Shown piece by piece: positions 18,286 through 29,184 of a DNA stretch of 39,837 nt. How positions within the stretch are numbered: position 1 is the first letter of the stretch; each line of letters opens with the position of its first letter. The stretch comes from a virus. Where the stretch lies: UHGV virus genome UHGV-0025829; one strand, given 5' to 3'. The translations under genes were made by a program, and so were the position numbers. The notes beneath the pieces are model-generated. The model worked only from the letters and a program-made list of their open reading frames with translations. It was not told the origin of the DNA and did no database searches.

Positions 18286-19272
18286 ATGGCTGTTAAAGGC
18301 TTAACTGCGCTAACGCTGGCTGACTGGGGTAAGCGCGTCGATCCAAACGGGAAAGTCGATAAGATTATCGAACTTCTCGGTCAAACTAACCCGATCCTTC
18401 AGGATATGCCTTTTGTCGAAGGGAACCTTCCTACCGGACACCGAACCACCATTCGTTCTGGTTTACCTTCAGCTACCTGGCGTTTGCTGAACTATGGCGT
18501 ACAGCCAAGCAAATCAACCACAGTGCAGGTCACCGATTCCGTTGGCATGCTGGAAACCTATGCTGAAGTCGATAAGTCACTGGCTGATCTGAACGGTAAT
18601 ACCGCCGAATTCCGCCTGTCTGAAGACCGCGCATTTATTGAAGCGATGAATCAGCAGATGGCGCAGACGTTGTTTTATGGTGATTCCAGCGTTAACCCTC
18701 AGCAGTTTATGGGGCTGTCCTCCCGCTATTCCAGCCTGTCTGCGGGTAATGCTCAGAACATCATTGATGCTGGTGGCACGGGTACAGATAACACCTCAAT
18801 CTGGTTAGTGGTGTGGGGCGAAAACACCGTGCATGGCATCTTCCCGAAAGGGCAGAAGGCTGGCATCCAGATGGAAGATAAAGGCCAGGTGACACTGGAA
18901 GATGCGAATGGTGGCAAGTACGAAGGCTACCGTACCCATTACAAATGGGACAACGGGCTTGCTCTGCGTGACTGGCGTTATGTTGTTCGCATTGCAAACA
19001 TCGATGTCAGCAATCTTTCAGAACCTTCCTCTGCCGCAAATATTGCGAAGTTGATGGTTAAAGCACTGCATCGCATTCCAAATCGTGGCATGGGTCGCCC
19101 GGTGTTCTACATGAACCGCACTGTAGGCCAGGCTCTTGATCTGCAATCTCTGGAGAAAACATCTCTGGCGATCAGCGTAAAAGAGACAGAAGGCGAGTGG
19201 TGGACTTCATTCCGTGGTGTACCAATCCGTGAAACTGATGCGCTTCTGGAAACAGAAGCCCGCGTGGTGTAA
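18286..19272 (+). CDS. Major capsid protein
   Basis: About 330 aa following the scaffold; followed by a stem-loop at 19289..19308; start taken at the second ATG for SD spacing. Confidence 0.7.
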   Translation: MAVKGLTALTLADWGKRVDPNGKVDKIIELLGQTNPILQDMPFVEGNLPTGHRTTIRSGLPSATWRLLNYGVQPSKSTTVQVTDSVGMLETYAEVDKSLADLNGNTAEFRLSEDRAFIEAMNQQMAQTLFYGDSSVNPQQFMGLSSRYSSLSAGNAQNIIDAGGTGTDNTSIWLVVWGENTVHGIFPKGQKAGIQMEDKGQVTLEDANGGKYEGYRTHYKWDNGLALRDWRYVVRIANIDVSNLSEPSSAANIAKLMVKALHRIPNRGMGRPVFYMNRTVGQALDLQSLEKTSLAISVKETEGEWWTSFRGVPIRETDALLETEARVV

Positions 19273-19323
19273 CGCCTGTTATTAACCTGTGGGTCGTAAC
19301 AGACCCACTAATGGAGAAAGAAG

Positions 19324-19761
19324 ATGATCACCGACAAACTGTTGATGTTCTCCGAAGCTCAGGCGGTTACGAATACCGCGGCTTCTACTGACGTAATCGA
19401 TCTCGGTCCAATTGACGGAAACCGTCGCGATATCGGTGTGGGTTACCCGCTTGAGTTTTGGGTGCTGGTTAACGAAGCCGCCACGGCAAGTGGTGAGGCA
19501 ACTGTAAACATCCAGTTGCAGACGAGTGAGAATAACAGCTCATGGTCCACTATTTATGATAGTGGCGCACTGGCAAAGGCTACCCTGACAGCAGGTAAAC
19601 GAGTTGTTTCTGCAAAGGTGCCTGCCGGTGTTCAGCGATATCTGCGTGTTAACTACTCCGTCGCAACTGGCCCACTAACGGCCGGCAAATTCACTGCGGG
19701 TATCAGTCTGGATGTTGATGCCAATACACCGTACCCGATCCGCTCAAAAGTAACTGGTTAA
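19324..19761 (+). CDS. Hypothetical virion protein (possible capsid decoration)
   Basis: 145 aa, Thr/Ser/Ala/Gly-rich, directly after the capsid gene. Confidence 0.45.
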   Translation: MITDKLLMFSEAQAVTNTAASTDVIDLGPIDGNRRDIGVGYPLEFWVLVNEAATASGEATVNIQLQTSENNSSWSTIYDSGALAKATLTAGKRVVSAKVPAGVQRYLRVNYSVATGPLTAGKFTAGISLDVDANTPYPIRSKVTG

Positions 19762-19771
19762 GGTGATATTG

Positions 19772-20107
19772 ATGTCAGGTGAGAAACCAAGATACCGCGT
19801 TCTGCGCCTCTCTCTTATCCATAACACTCTGTGGCCGGAGGGGGCAGAAATCGAATACGAAGGTGAGCCTGGTAGCGCACTGGAACCTGTTAACGATGCA
19901 GCCAGACAGGCAAAAGCAAAAGTTGCAGGAAAGGTGTCAATGGCAGCAACCAGCACCAAAATCATCAACGATGTGTCAGATGATGGTGAACTGGATAAGC
20001 TCCGTGAAGAGTACGAATTGCTCTTTAACGAGAGGCCACACCATAACGCCAAAGCCGAAACGCTCCGCGAGAAGATCGCAGATAAGCGTAAAGAACTGGG
20101 CGTGTAA
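19772..20107 (+). CDS. Hypothetical virion-module protein
   Basis: ATG with AGGTGA SD; 111 aa. Confidence 0.45.
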   Translation: MSGEKPRYRVLRLSLIHNTLWPEGAEIEYEGEPGSALEPVNDAARQAKAKVAGKVSMAATSTKIINDVSDDGELDKLREEYELLFNERPHHNAKAETLREKIADKRKELGV

Positions 20108-20124
20108 GCCTCGCGAATCAGACA

Positions 20125-20146
20125 AGGGGCTTCGGCCCCTTTATTG
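20125..20146 (+). terminator. Terminator-like hairpin inside the late operon
   Basis: AGGGGC-TTCG-GCCCCT followed by TTATT. Confidence 0.45.
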
Positions 20147-20157
20147 CAGGAGTGTAT

Positions 20158-20481
20158 ATGGAACTCGTAAACCTCAAAACCGGCACTGACAGCTACCAGG
20201 ATGAGAGCGGAGAAACCAGAACTCGCGATGAATACCCGTGGGGGCTGTGCATCACGCTGAATAACGACACATTGAATAAGCTGAAGGCGCAACCTCAGGG
20301 CGTCGGAACAGAAGTGATGATAACTGCAAAGGCTGTTATTCGAGGCCTGTCTGCCAGAGAAACTGACGATGGTGTTAATCGCAGCGCCGATCTGCAGATC
20401 ACTGATATGGCAATCGCTCCTGTTTCCGGTGATGTAGAAAAATCAGCGGCTGAAACTCTGTACGGCAATGGGGGTGAGTAA
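20158..20481 (+). CDS. Hypothetical virion-module protein
   Basis: ATG with AGGAG SD; TAATG overlap with the next gene. Confidence 0.45.
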   Translation: MELVNLKTGTDSYQDESGETRTRDEYPWGLCITLNNDTLNKLKAQPQGVGTEVMITAKAVIRGLSARETDDGVNRSADLQITDMAIAPVSGDVEKSAAETLYGNGGE

Positions 20482-21086
20482 TGGCCTCTGTAGTAGAGAT
20501 CTGCAATCGTGCGCTGTCCAATATTGGCAACAGCCGCAGCATTAACAGCCTGACGGAAGCCAGCAAGGAAGCGGGGGAATGTTCGCTGCACTTTGAGGCC
20601 TGCCGTGATGCTGTGCTTTCTGATTTTGACTGGAACTTTGCTACCAAACGCGTGGCGCTTGCAGATACGAGCAATCCACCGCCTGACTGGGAATATGCGT
20701 ACCAGTACCCGTCCGATTGTCTGCGCATTACTGAAATTATGCTTCCTGGTGTACGCAATCCAACAGCAGCAATGCGCGTTCAGTACGAAGTTGGTGCAGA
20801 CACCAACGGAACAGGAAAGTTGATCTACACAGACCAGCCGCAGGCATGGCTCAAGTATGTATCTCGCGTTTCAGATGTGAACATGTTTGATGCCATTTTT
20901 ATGGAGGCGTTGGCCTGGCGTCTTGCGGCAGCTATTAACATGGCGCTGACTGGGAATGCAGACCTCGGTACGTTTGCCCTCAATATGTACAATCGCGTGA
21001 TTCTTAGTGCTGGCTCGCATAGCCAGAATGAATCACAGGAACCACAGCCACCGGTTGACGAGTTTACCATTGCGAGGTTGTCCTGA
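20481..21086 (+). CDS. Tail tubular protein A (T7 gp11-like adaptor)
   Basis: 201 aa; N-terminal pattern resembles T7 gp11 as recalled; precedes an 823-aa protein, as gp11 precedes gp12 in T7. Confidence 0.5.
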   Translation: MASVVEICNRALSNIGNSRSINSLTEASKEAGECSLHFEACRDAVLSDFDWNFATKRVALADTSNPPPDWEYAYQYPSDCLRITEIMLPGVRNPTAAMRVQYEVGADTNGTGKLIYTDQPQAWLKYVSRVSDVNMFDAIFMEALAWRLAAAINMALTGNADLGTFALNMYNRVILSAGSHSQNESQEPQPPVDEFTIARLS

Positions 21087-23557
21087 TGGCTATCAGTTGG
21101 ATCCAGCCCAGCTTTGCTGGTGGTGAGATTGGACCGTCGTTGTACGGTCGTATCGACATGGCGAAGTACCAGGTGGCATTGCGCAAGTGCGATAACTTTA
21201 TCGTGCGGCAGTATGGCGGCGTTGAGAATCGACCTGGTACGCGTTTTGTCGGTGCCGCCAAATACCCAAATCGGAAATGCCGCCTGATCCCGTTCCAGTT
21301 CTCGACGGTTCAGACCTATGCTCTGGAGTTCGGACACCAGTACATGCGCGTTATCAAAGATGGTGCGTTGGTGCTGAACAGCAGCAATGTTATTTATGAA
21401 ATTGCAACGCCATATACTGAAGCCGATCTGTTCCGAATTAAATTCACGCAAAGCGCCGACGTGCTTACGCTGGTTCACCCGGCATACCCGCCGAAAGAGT
21501 TGCGCCGCTATGCGCATGACAACTGGCAACTGGTTGATGTGGTAACGAAGAACGGGCCATTTGAAGATATCAATATTGACGAGTCAGTGACGGTTTATGC
21601 CAGCGCCAGCACCGGGACAATTGCGTTAACGGCAAGCGCCTCTATTTTTGGCGCGGAGCAGGTAGGCAAATTGTTCTATCTGGAACAGCCTGCAGTGGAT
21701 TCAGTGCCGGTATGGGAAACCAGTAAGAGTACGTCGATTGGCGATATTCGCCGTGCAGACAGTAACTACTATCGCGCCGTTACAGCAGGCAAAACAGGCA
21801 CTTTGCGCCCTTCGCATACAGAAGGAACATCATGGGATGGCTGGGGCGGATCCGGTGATGATGATACTGGCATTGAGTGGGAGTATCTGCACAGTGGTTT
21901 TGGCATTGCCCGTATCTCTGCTGCAAATGGAACTACTGCAACTGCTGAGGTGATTTCCTATATCCCTTCGCAGGTAGTTGGCGAGGATAATGCCAGCTAT
22001 AAATGGGCTAAATATGCCTGGAATAGTGTTAACGGTTACCCTGGCACTGTTGTTTATTATCAACAACGTCTTTACTTCGCCGCATCGACAGCGTTCCCTC
22101 AGACTATCTGGGCCAGCCGTACTGGGGATTATAAGGATTTTGGCAAAAGCAATCCTACGCAGGATGACGACAGAATTATCTACACCTATGCCGGGCGTCA
22201 GGTTAATGAGATCCGCCACCTGATTGATGTTGGTTCGCTGGTGGTGCTGACTTCCGGAGGTGAGTACGTCATCACCGGCGACCAGAACAAAGTATTAACC
22301 CCATCATCATTTGCATTCAGCTCTCAGGGATCAAATGGCTCGAGCAATGTCCCACCAATTGCCGTGGCGAATATTGCTCTGTTCGTCCAGGAGAAAGGCA
22401 GTGTTGTCCGTGATCTGGCCTACTCATTCGATGTTGACGGCTATCAGGGGAACGACCTGACCATCCTTGCCAATCATCTTTTTCAGAAGCACAGCATTGT
22501 TGACTGGTGCTTCTCTATTGTCCCTTACTCCAGCGCCTTCTGCATTCGTGATGACGGTAAATTACTGGTGATGACCTATTTGCGTGATCAGCAGGTTTTT
22601 GCATGGGCACCACAGTCCAGTACCGGAAAATATGAAAGTACATGCAGTATCAGCGAAGGCAATGAAGATGCGGTGTATTTCGTCGTTAACCGAACCGTTA
22701 ACGGGCAAACAGTGAGATACATCGAGCGACTGTCAAGCCGTTTATTTACCAGCGATGAAGATGCTTTCTTTGTTGATTCTGGCCTTAGCTATGATGGAAG
22801 AAATACGTCTGACAGAACGATGACCATCACTGGTGGTTCTGGCGAATGGGATTACCGCGCGGAATATACAATCAGTGTTTCTGGTGGTGCGTACTTCACC
22901 AGTAGTGATGTTGGTGCGCAACTACAGTTCCCTTATACCGGAACCGTTCCTGATACTGGCGATGAAGTGTCAAAAAAATTACGTTGCGACATTATTTCTG
23001 TAACCAGCAATACTGCTGTAGTGGTTCGTGCTAACAGGAACGTCCCGACATCCCTCAGGGATGTTGGCACCACGAACTGGCAGATGGCGCGTCGGACATT
23101 TGGAGGCCTGTCTCATCTTGAAGGACAGACCGTAAACATTCTCTCTGATGCTAATGTGGAGCCACAGAAAGTGGTTTCCGGAGGTGCCGTCACGCTGGAA
23201 TCACCTGGGGCTGTAGTGCACATCGGCCTGCCAATAACTGCTGAATTCGAAACACTGGATATCAACATTAACGGACAGGAAACGCTGCTGGACAAAAAAC
23301 AGGTGATCCCGTCCGTTACTCTGGTTGTGAATGCCAGCCGCGGCATCTGGGCGACTACGCCCGGCGGTAAATGGTACGAATATCCACAGCGTGAATTCGA
23401 GTTCTACGATGATCCTGTTGATGACGCTACCGGAAAAGTAGAAGTGAAACTGGACAGTAACTGGGGCAAAAACGGACGTGTAAGAATCCGTCAGCTTGAC
23501 CCGTTGCCGCTGTCTGTTCTTGCCGTTATTCCTCGCCTTACTGTTGGGGGATTCTGA
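21086..23557 (+). CDS. Tail tubular protein B (T7 gp12-like nozzle)
   Basis: 823 aa, ATGA-coupled to the upstream gene; size and position match gp12. Confidence 0.5.
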   Translation: MAISWIQPSFAGGEIGPSLYGRIDMAKYQVALRKCDNFIVRQYGGVENRPGTRFVGAAKYPNRKCRLIPFQFSTVQTYALEFGHQYMRVIKDGALVLNSSNVIYEIATPYTEADLFRIKFTQSADVLTLVHPAYPPKELRRYAHDNWQLVDVVTKNGPFEDINIDESVTVYASASTGTIALTASASIFGAEQVGKLFYLEQPAVDSVPVWETSKSTSIGDIRRADSNYYRAVTAGKTGTLRPSHTEGTSWDGWGGSGDDDTGIEWEYLHSGFGIARISAANGTTATAEVISYIPSQVVGEDNASYKWAKYAWNSVNGYPGTVVYYQQRLYFAASTAFPQTIWASRTGDYKDFGKSNPTQDDDRIIYTYAGRQVNEIRHLIDVGSLVVLTSGGEYVITGDQNKVLTPSSFAFSSQGSNGSSNVPPIAVANIALFVQEKGSVVRDLAYSFDVDGYQGNDLTILANHLFQKHSIVDWCFSIVPYSSAFCIRDDGKLLVMTYLRDQQVFAWAPQSSTGKYESTCSISEGNEDAVYFVVNRTVNGQTVRYIERLSSRLFTSDEDAFFVDSGLSYDGRNTSDRTMTITGGSGEWDYRAEYTISVSGGAYFTSSDVGAQLQFPYTGTVPDTGDEVSKKLRCDIISVTSNTAVVVRANRNVPTSLRDVGTTNWQMARRTFGGLSHLEGQTVNILSDANVEPQKVVSGGAVTLESPGAVVHIGLPITAEFETLDININGQETLLDKKQVIPSVTLVVNASRGIWATTPGGKWYEYPQREFEFYDDPVDDATGKVEVKLDSNWGKNGRVRIRQLDPLPLSVLAVIPRLTVGGF

Positions 23558-24021
23558 TGATCGACGTTCAAATTATTCCCGCTACCGAAGAGCATCTTCA
23601 GATGATTTTGCCGGATGTTCGTCAGGCTGATATTGACGAACTGTATGCGGTATCACTGATGACTACCGAAGATGCGCTGCGTGTTGGTCTTCGCACTGCG
23701 ACTATGGCCTGGTCAGGGTTCGCGAACGGAGAACTGGTAACCATGTTTGGTGTATCTCCGGCGTCAATGATCGGTGGCAATGGTACACCCTGGCTGGTCG
23801 GAACCAGCCGTATTGAAAAATATCAGAAGACATTTCTTCGCCACTGCCGCCCTGTATTGCAGCAGATGCTGGCAGTTTATCCGCGCCTGGAAAACTACGT
23901 CGACGAAAGAAACCATGTTGCCAAAGCATGGCTGCACTGGCTTGGATTCAGGCTTGAAGAAGCCGCGCCTTATGGCGCTCTTGGTCTTAATTTCCACAGA
24001 TTTCACATGGAGAGAAAATAA
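23557..24021 (+). CDS. Internal virion protein (gp13-like by position)
   Basis: 154 aa, translationally coupled. Confidence 0.4.
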   Translation: MIDVQIIPATEEHLQMILPDVRQADIDELYAVSLMTTEDALRVGLRTATMAWSGFANGELVTMFGVSPASMIGGNGTPWLVGTSRIEKYQKTFLRHCRPVLQQMLAVYPRLENYVDERNHVAKAWLHWLGFRLEEAAPYGALGLNFHRFHMERK

Positions 24022-24560
24022 TGTGTAACCCAGCCATCGCTTTGGTTGCCGTCACAGTGGCATCCACAGCCGCGTCAATGTACAGCCAGAGCAAGCAGGC
24101 AAAATACCAGTCAGCCATAGCTGATCGGAATGCTGAAATTGCTGAAGCTCAGGCACAGGATTCAATCAATCGTGGGAATATTGAAGCGGATCAGCGTCGT
24201 CGTGAAATGCGTCAACGCTCAGGCACTACGGCGGCCACTATGGGGGCTACCGGTGCGGAATTAAGTAGCGGAACAGCTCTTGACGTTTTTGCGGATAATG
24301 CTCAGTTCGGCACTCTTGATGCGTTAACGACAGTGAATAATGCTCAGCGTGAGGCATATGGGTATCAGGTACAGGGAATGAATGCTCAGGCACAGGGGGC
24401 TGCTGCTCAGTCGGCTGCTAAATCATCGATGACCAGCACTTTGTTAACGGCACCACTAAAAGCATACGGTGCATACCAGATGGGCGGGGGAACGTGGAGC
24501 CCGTTCTCTCAGAAGGCTGCGCCGATTTCTGCTGCTGTTGGCACTCCAACCGGTCGATAA
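24021..24560 (+). CDS. Internal virion / ejection protein (gp14-like by position)
   Basis: 179 aa, Ala/Gln-rich with hydrophobic N-terminus. Confidence 0.4.
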   Translation: MCNPAIALVAVTVASTAASMYSQSKQAKYQSAIADRNAEIAEAQAQDSINRGNIEADQRRREMRQRSGTTAATMGATGAELSSGTALDVFADNAQFGTLDALTTVNNAQREAYGYQVQGMNAQAQGAAAQSAAKSSMTSTLLTAPLKAYGAYQMGGGTWSPFSQKAAPISAAVGTPTGR

Positions 24561-24572
24561 GGGGATAATAAG

Positions 24573-27380
24573 ATGCCAGTTGTACCAACAACATCGGGCC
24601 GTCAGGTTCAGAGCAGAGGGATTTCGACGCAGGGATTCTCATCGTTTCAGACACCAAATGTCGGTGATGTACTTGGCGATGTTGCAGAGCAATATGCAGG
24701 TATTATTGCGCAGGCAAAACAGCGTGCGAATGTTGCTATGGCTCAGGATGCTTCTCTTAGCTTAAGCCAGATAAGCAGCGATCTGCTGAATAACCCTGAA
24801 ACAGGTTTGCTTAACCTGAAAGGGAAAAATGCTATTGGAAAAGGTCAGGAGTATACGCAGCAGTTTGATGCTCAGATCGAACAACTGGCTATGTCGCTGC
24901 CGGATGAACAGGCTCGTAATGCTTTCATGCAGCAGGCGCAGCAGCAGCGTATTCAGTTCACTACGCAGGCCGGGCGGCACGAGATAGGGCAAATAAATGC
25001 CTACGAAGAAGGCCAGTTTCAGGCGACGCTGCTGAACAATGGTAAAAATGCCGCAGCATTGTATGGCGACAATGCCGCATACGTATTGGCTAATAAGCAA
25101 ACTTTCCAGCAAATTGAGGATTACGGCATTGCACATGGCTGGAGCGACGAGCAAATACAGGCCAAGAAAATCGAGTTTAAAGAGAAGGTTGCTGATGCCG
25201 CATTGTCCCAGTGGTCGGCAAACAATGCGACCGCATTCATCCAAAGTAATGGCGAGTTAAGTGATACTGCTGCTGGATCAAAGCGGGCTATTGTTAATCC
25301 TTATGGTGGAGAGCCAAAGTCCACAAAGGGAATGGTTGTTCAAGGAAATATTAATCTCTTCAACCGCCCATCTGTCAAAAATGAAGATGGGACTATCAGT
25401 ACCGTTCGAACAATTTCTATAGGCACGGAAGCTGGAGAAGTTCTCATTCCCACCGTCAGTGATGATGGAAAATTGCTTTCCGATGACGAAGCTATTGCTC
25501 TGTATGAAAAAACTGGAAAACACCTTGGAATATTCGATAACCCTGAGAATGCGACCGCCTATGCTGAGAAACTTCACGAACAGCAGGATCAGTATTACGT
25601 AAAAGGTGGTGCTCGCGGTATCCGTAATAACAACCCAGGAAATCTCGAATACAGCAAAACTAATCCGTGGGTAGGCCAGACCGGTGATGATGGTCGATTT
25701 GCTAAATTCGAAACACCTGAACACGGGATTCGTGCATTAGGGCGGAACCTGATGTCGTATCAGAGGCAGGGTATTGATACCGTCAGCGAGATAATTAATC
25801 GCTGGGCACCGCCTACTGATAAAAATGACACTATGTCGTATATCAAAGCAGTGTGCGAACAACTTGGCGTTTCTGCTGATGAGCCTCTCGATGCATCTAA
25901 TCCTGATACCCTGAAGGCGCTTTGTGCAGCCATTATCCATCATGAGAACGGTGGCCAGCCATACAGTGATCAGCAGTTAACTGCTGGTGTCAGTGCAGCA
26001 CTTGGTTTATCAACAATTCCAACCAACACCAAACGCTATACCGGTAATGCAGCATTCGATGCGGCATCTCCTGAGGCGCAGGCAAGTTTTATGCGACAGG
26101 CGGATCAACTGCGTCGGCAGCAGCAGGCTGAATATAAAACGATGATTGACAGCCAGGTTCGCGATGCGACAGCTGCGTATATGCGTGGCGTTGAATTTCC
26201 TAACCCACCTGGTGAGGCTGATTTTATTGCAGCTTATGGAGTCAGAGAAGGAAACCTGCGATATACCGAGTTCAGAAATACGCAAATCGCCGGACAGTAT
26301 ATAGGCTCTTTCCGCAACATGCCGACAAGCAGCATTACAGCATATGTTGAGCGATTACGCCCGGATACTGGTGAGACAGGGGAGGGTTATGCGGCACGAG
26401 CCGCTCTTTATGACAACGTTGTGTCGGCTGCAAGTCAGGTGATAAAGCAGCGACAGGCTGATCCTGTACAGTTCTCTCTTGCCGCCGGACAGGCAAAGCC
26501 TATCGACATGAGCAATAAGGATAACTTTGGACAGAGCGTTGCCTTGCGTGCTGCTCAGGTCAGTGACCTTGCTAAGTCATATGGCACTCCACTGACGTTC
26601 TTTTCCAAAGACGAGGCCAATCAGATCGGTGTTTTCTTTCGTGATGCGCCCGTTTCCCAACAGGCAGCATATCTCGATACCATCAGGCAGAGCACTGGTG
26701 GTGGGCAGGTGTATATGTCAGCACTACAGCAGATCAGTGCCAACGCTCCATCTGCTGCCGTTGCCGGGATACTGATGGATAAGCCAGGTGGTATTTTGGC
26801 AGAAAAAAACTGGTTTAATCCGGATGTTTCCGTGTCTCCTGAAACCGCTGCGCAGACAATTCTTGCTGGCGCGGCGGCTCGTAAAGGTACTGATGACGCG
26901 AAAGGTATTCCGATGCCTAAAGATGCTGATCTTCGCTTTGAGTTTTCTGACATGGTGAAGGATGCATTTGCTGGTGATGCTCAGGGGGCATCAATGGCGT
27001 ACGAGATCGCAAAGGACTATTACGCTGGTGTGATGGCGAAAAAAGGCGTGGTATCAGGCGAAATTGACAATGATATCTGGAAACAGGCTGTTAACGTAGC
27101 TACAGGTGGCGTGCATGACTATAACGGAATGGGGAATGTTCTTTTGCCGTGGGGAATGTCTGCAGAGCAATTCGATAAGCAGGTTAATCAGGCTTGGAAT
27201 GAACAAGTTGTTGGCACAGGGATAAAAACACCGCCTGGTCAGTATGGTTTGCAAAGTTACGGCGATAGTCAGTACCTGGTGAAACTTGGTACTGGTTATC
27301 TGCTAAAAGATGATGGTTCTCCCGTTGTTCTTGATCTGACACAGAAGCGTCAGAGATTCTCCGGAGATATTCCGCAATGA
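24573..27380 (+). CDS. Large internal virion (ejection) protein with an AT-rich inserted domain
   Basis: 935 aa; compositionally distinct segment around 25260..25750. Confidence 0.55.
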   Translation: MPVVPTTSGRQVQSRGISTQGFSSFQTPNVGDVLGDVAEQYAGIIAQAKQRANVAMAQDASLSLSQISSDLLNNPETGLLNLKGKNAIGKGQEYTQQFDAQIEQLAMSLPDEQARNAFMQQAQQQRIQFTTQAGRHEIGQINAYEEGQFQATLLNNGKNAAALYGDNAAYVLANKQTFQQIEDYGIAHGWSDEQIQAKKIEFKEKVADAALSQWSANNATAFIQSNGELSDTAAGSKRAIVNPYGGEPKSTKGMVVQGNINLFNRPSVKNEDGTISTVRTISIGTEAGEVLIPTVSDDGKLLSDDEAIALYEKTGKHLGIFDNPENATAYAEKLHEQQDQYYVKGGARGIRNNNPGNLEYSKTNPWVGQTGDDGRFAKFETPEHGIRALGRNLMSYQRQGIDTVSEIINRWAPPTDKNDTMSYIKAVCEQLGVSADEPLDASNPDTLKALCAAIIHHENGGQPYSDQQLTAGVSAALGLSTIPTNTKRYTGNAAFDAASPEAQASFMRQADQLRRQQQAEYKTMIDSQVRDATAAYMRGVEFPNPPGEADFIAAYGVREGNLRYTEFRNTQIAGQYIGSFRNMPTSSITAYVERLRPDTGETGEGYAARAALYDNVVSAASQVIKQRQADPVQFSLAAGQAKPIDMSNKDNFGQSVALRAAQVSDLAKSYGTPLTFFSKDEANQIGVFFRDAPVSQQAAYLDTIRQSTGGGQVYMSALQQISANAPSAAVAGILMDKPGGILAEKNWFNPDVSVSPETAAQTILAGAAARKGTDDAKGIPMPKDADLRFEFSDMVKDAFAGDAQGASMAYEIAKDYYAGVMAKKGVVSGEIDNDIWKQAVNVATGGVHDYNGMGNVLLPWGMSAEQFDKQVNQAWNEQVVGTGIKTPPGQYGLQSYGDSQYLVKLGTGYLLKDDGSPVVLDLTQKRQRFSGDIPQ

Positions 27381-29179
27381 GTTACTTTGGCCTTAATCCA
27401 GTAAACCAGAATCAGCAGCTTGACGAAGCAGCATCAAATCCAGTTGTCTTTAACAGCGATGTTGGTTTTTTCGACAATGCTGTAGGAGCGGCATTGTCTG
27501 GTTTGTACTCCGGGCTGGTGGCAAAGCCAGATCAGTTGCTCTGGGCAGGGATGGATAAAATCGTATCCCCGATTGCTCAGTTTGTTAACGAAAACACCTC
27601 GATCAATGACACTTCAGTTTCATACATTGCCGAGCAGAGAAAACTAGCAGAGCAGCAGGTTAAGCGGCTGACGCCTGATGCCGCGACAACCGGAACCGCC
27701 GGGCAGGTTCTTTATGGGTTGTTCGATATGGGCGGGCAGGCTGTTGTCGGTACAACGCTCGGTGGTCCTGTCGGAGGTGCAGCGGCGGTAACTTCGCTAC
27801 AGGGTTTTTCTGAGTTTGAACGGCTGACAGCACAGGGTGTTGATTTCAGGACGGCGCAGGAAGCGGGATTAGTGCAGGGCATTACTGCTGGTGCCGGAAC
27901 ACTGATCCCTATGAGCCTCGGGTTACGTGCTGGTGGTGCGCTGGCGGAAGGTGTGGCGGCTCAGCTTGCGCGGACGGGTGAGAGTTCAGTGCGACGCGCC
28001 GCAGCAACAGCAGTACGTGCAACGCCAGATATTGCCTATGCCGCAGGTACAAATATTGCGTTCGGTATGGCACAGCGTGGGCTTACTGCAAAAACGCTTC
28101 GTGATGGTGGCTATAGCGAAATGGCTAACCAGTATGATGTGTTGGATCGACAGGCAATTGCTATTGATGCTGTTCTTGGGGTGGCGTTTGGTGGTGTCGG
28201 CAGATTTATTAACTCTCGCGGCGAGTCTACAAACGCACCAAATTTTTCACCAGTTGATATCGATGCTGCACTGGCGGCGAATGCCGCTCATCATGCTGAA
28301 ATTGATATTGCGCCCGGCGTGCCGATCAACGTGCTTTCGCGCAATTCTCACATTCAGGCTCTGCGAAAAGCTATGTCTGATGTTAGCCAGGGGAGACCTG
28401 TAGACGTTGCCAGCATTGTTGAGTCTGCATCTTTCAGTGAAATTCCTGGGCGCAAGAGTCTGCTGTCTCAGGCAGTTAATGAGGCTCTGTCATCTGTAAA
28501 TGATGGAGTAACGGCGCGCGCTATAGAAAATCGGTTGCTTGAAGAACAGGCCGCGCAGCTTTTGCCGCGTGGCGATAGACAGGTTTACCAGTCTGAAATC
28601 GCTAATAGCCAACGAATTATTGAAAATCTCACTGAACAGCGCGCACAAATTCTTGCAGAAGAGTCAACCGGCAGCGGTAAAGCTTTGTCTCGTGCTCGAT
28701 CAGATAAACAGGTCAGACTTCGCGATATTGACCAACGAATCCGGCAGGCACAAGAACGCCTGGAATTTTCCCGTAACGCGTTGGCACCGCATGAGCCTGG
28801 CGGTCAGTTTTTTGAAGCTCGAGCAGAACTGGCACGGAGACAGCAGGCTGAAAGTGAACTTAATGCTCAGGCTGTTTCATTCTATAAAACAGCAGAGGTC
28901 AGGACGCCAGACGAAGTAGCTCCTTTTGAGCCCGGTAAGATATTGCAACAGACAGAACAAAAAATGATGGCAGATCCGGCAGGAGATATTGATCTGCGTA
29001 TAGCTGAAGACTCGCTGCTTGAATCTCCGGACATGATAATCACCGTGCTGGATGATGATGGTAATCCACAATCGCGCAGTGCGCGTGAAGTACTGGATGA
29101 AGCGAACAGGGAAAGTGAGCAGGCAATACAGGATTCCAGCCTGTTTGATGTCGCTGTGGCGTGTTTCTTGAGAGGTTAA
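27377..29179 (+). CDS. Internal virion (ejection) protein
   Basis: 600 aa, ATGA overlap with the upstream gene; Ala/Gly-rich N-terminal half. Confidence 0.5.
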   Translation: MSYFGLNPVNQNQQLDEAASNPVVFNSDVGFFDNAVGAALSGLYSGLVAKPDQLLWAGMDKIVSPIAQFVNENTSINDTSVSYIAEQRKLAEQQVKRLTPDAATTGTAGQVLYGLFDMGGQAVVGTTLGGPVGGAAAVTSLQGFSEFERLTAQGVDFRTAQEAGLVQGITAGAGTLIPMSLGLRAGGALAEGVAAQLARTGESSVRRAAATAVRATPDIAYAAGTNIAFGMAQRGLTAKTLRDGGYSEMANQYDVLDRQAIAIDAVLGVAFGGVGRFINSRGESTNAPNFSPVDIDAALAANAAHHAEIDIAPGVPINVLSRNSHIQALRKAMSDVSQGRPVDVASIVESASFSEIPGRKSLLSQAVNEALSSVNDGVTARAIENRLLEEQAAQLLPRGDRQVYQSEIANSQRIIENLTEQRAQILAEESTGSGKALSRARSDKQVRLRDIDQRIRQAQERLEFSRNALAPHEPGGQFFEARAELARRQQAESELNAQAVSFYKTAEVRTPDEVAPFEPGKILQQTEQKMMADPAGDIDLRIAEDSLLESPDMIITVLDDDGNPQSRSAREVLDEANRESEQAIQDSSLFDVAVACFLRG

Positions 29180-29184
29180 ATTAA

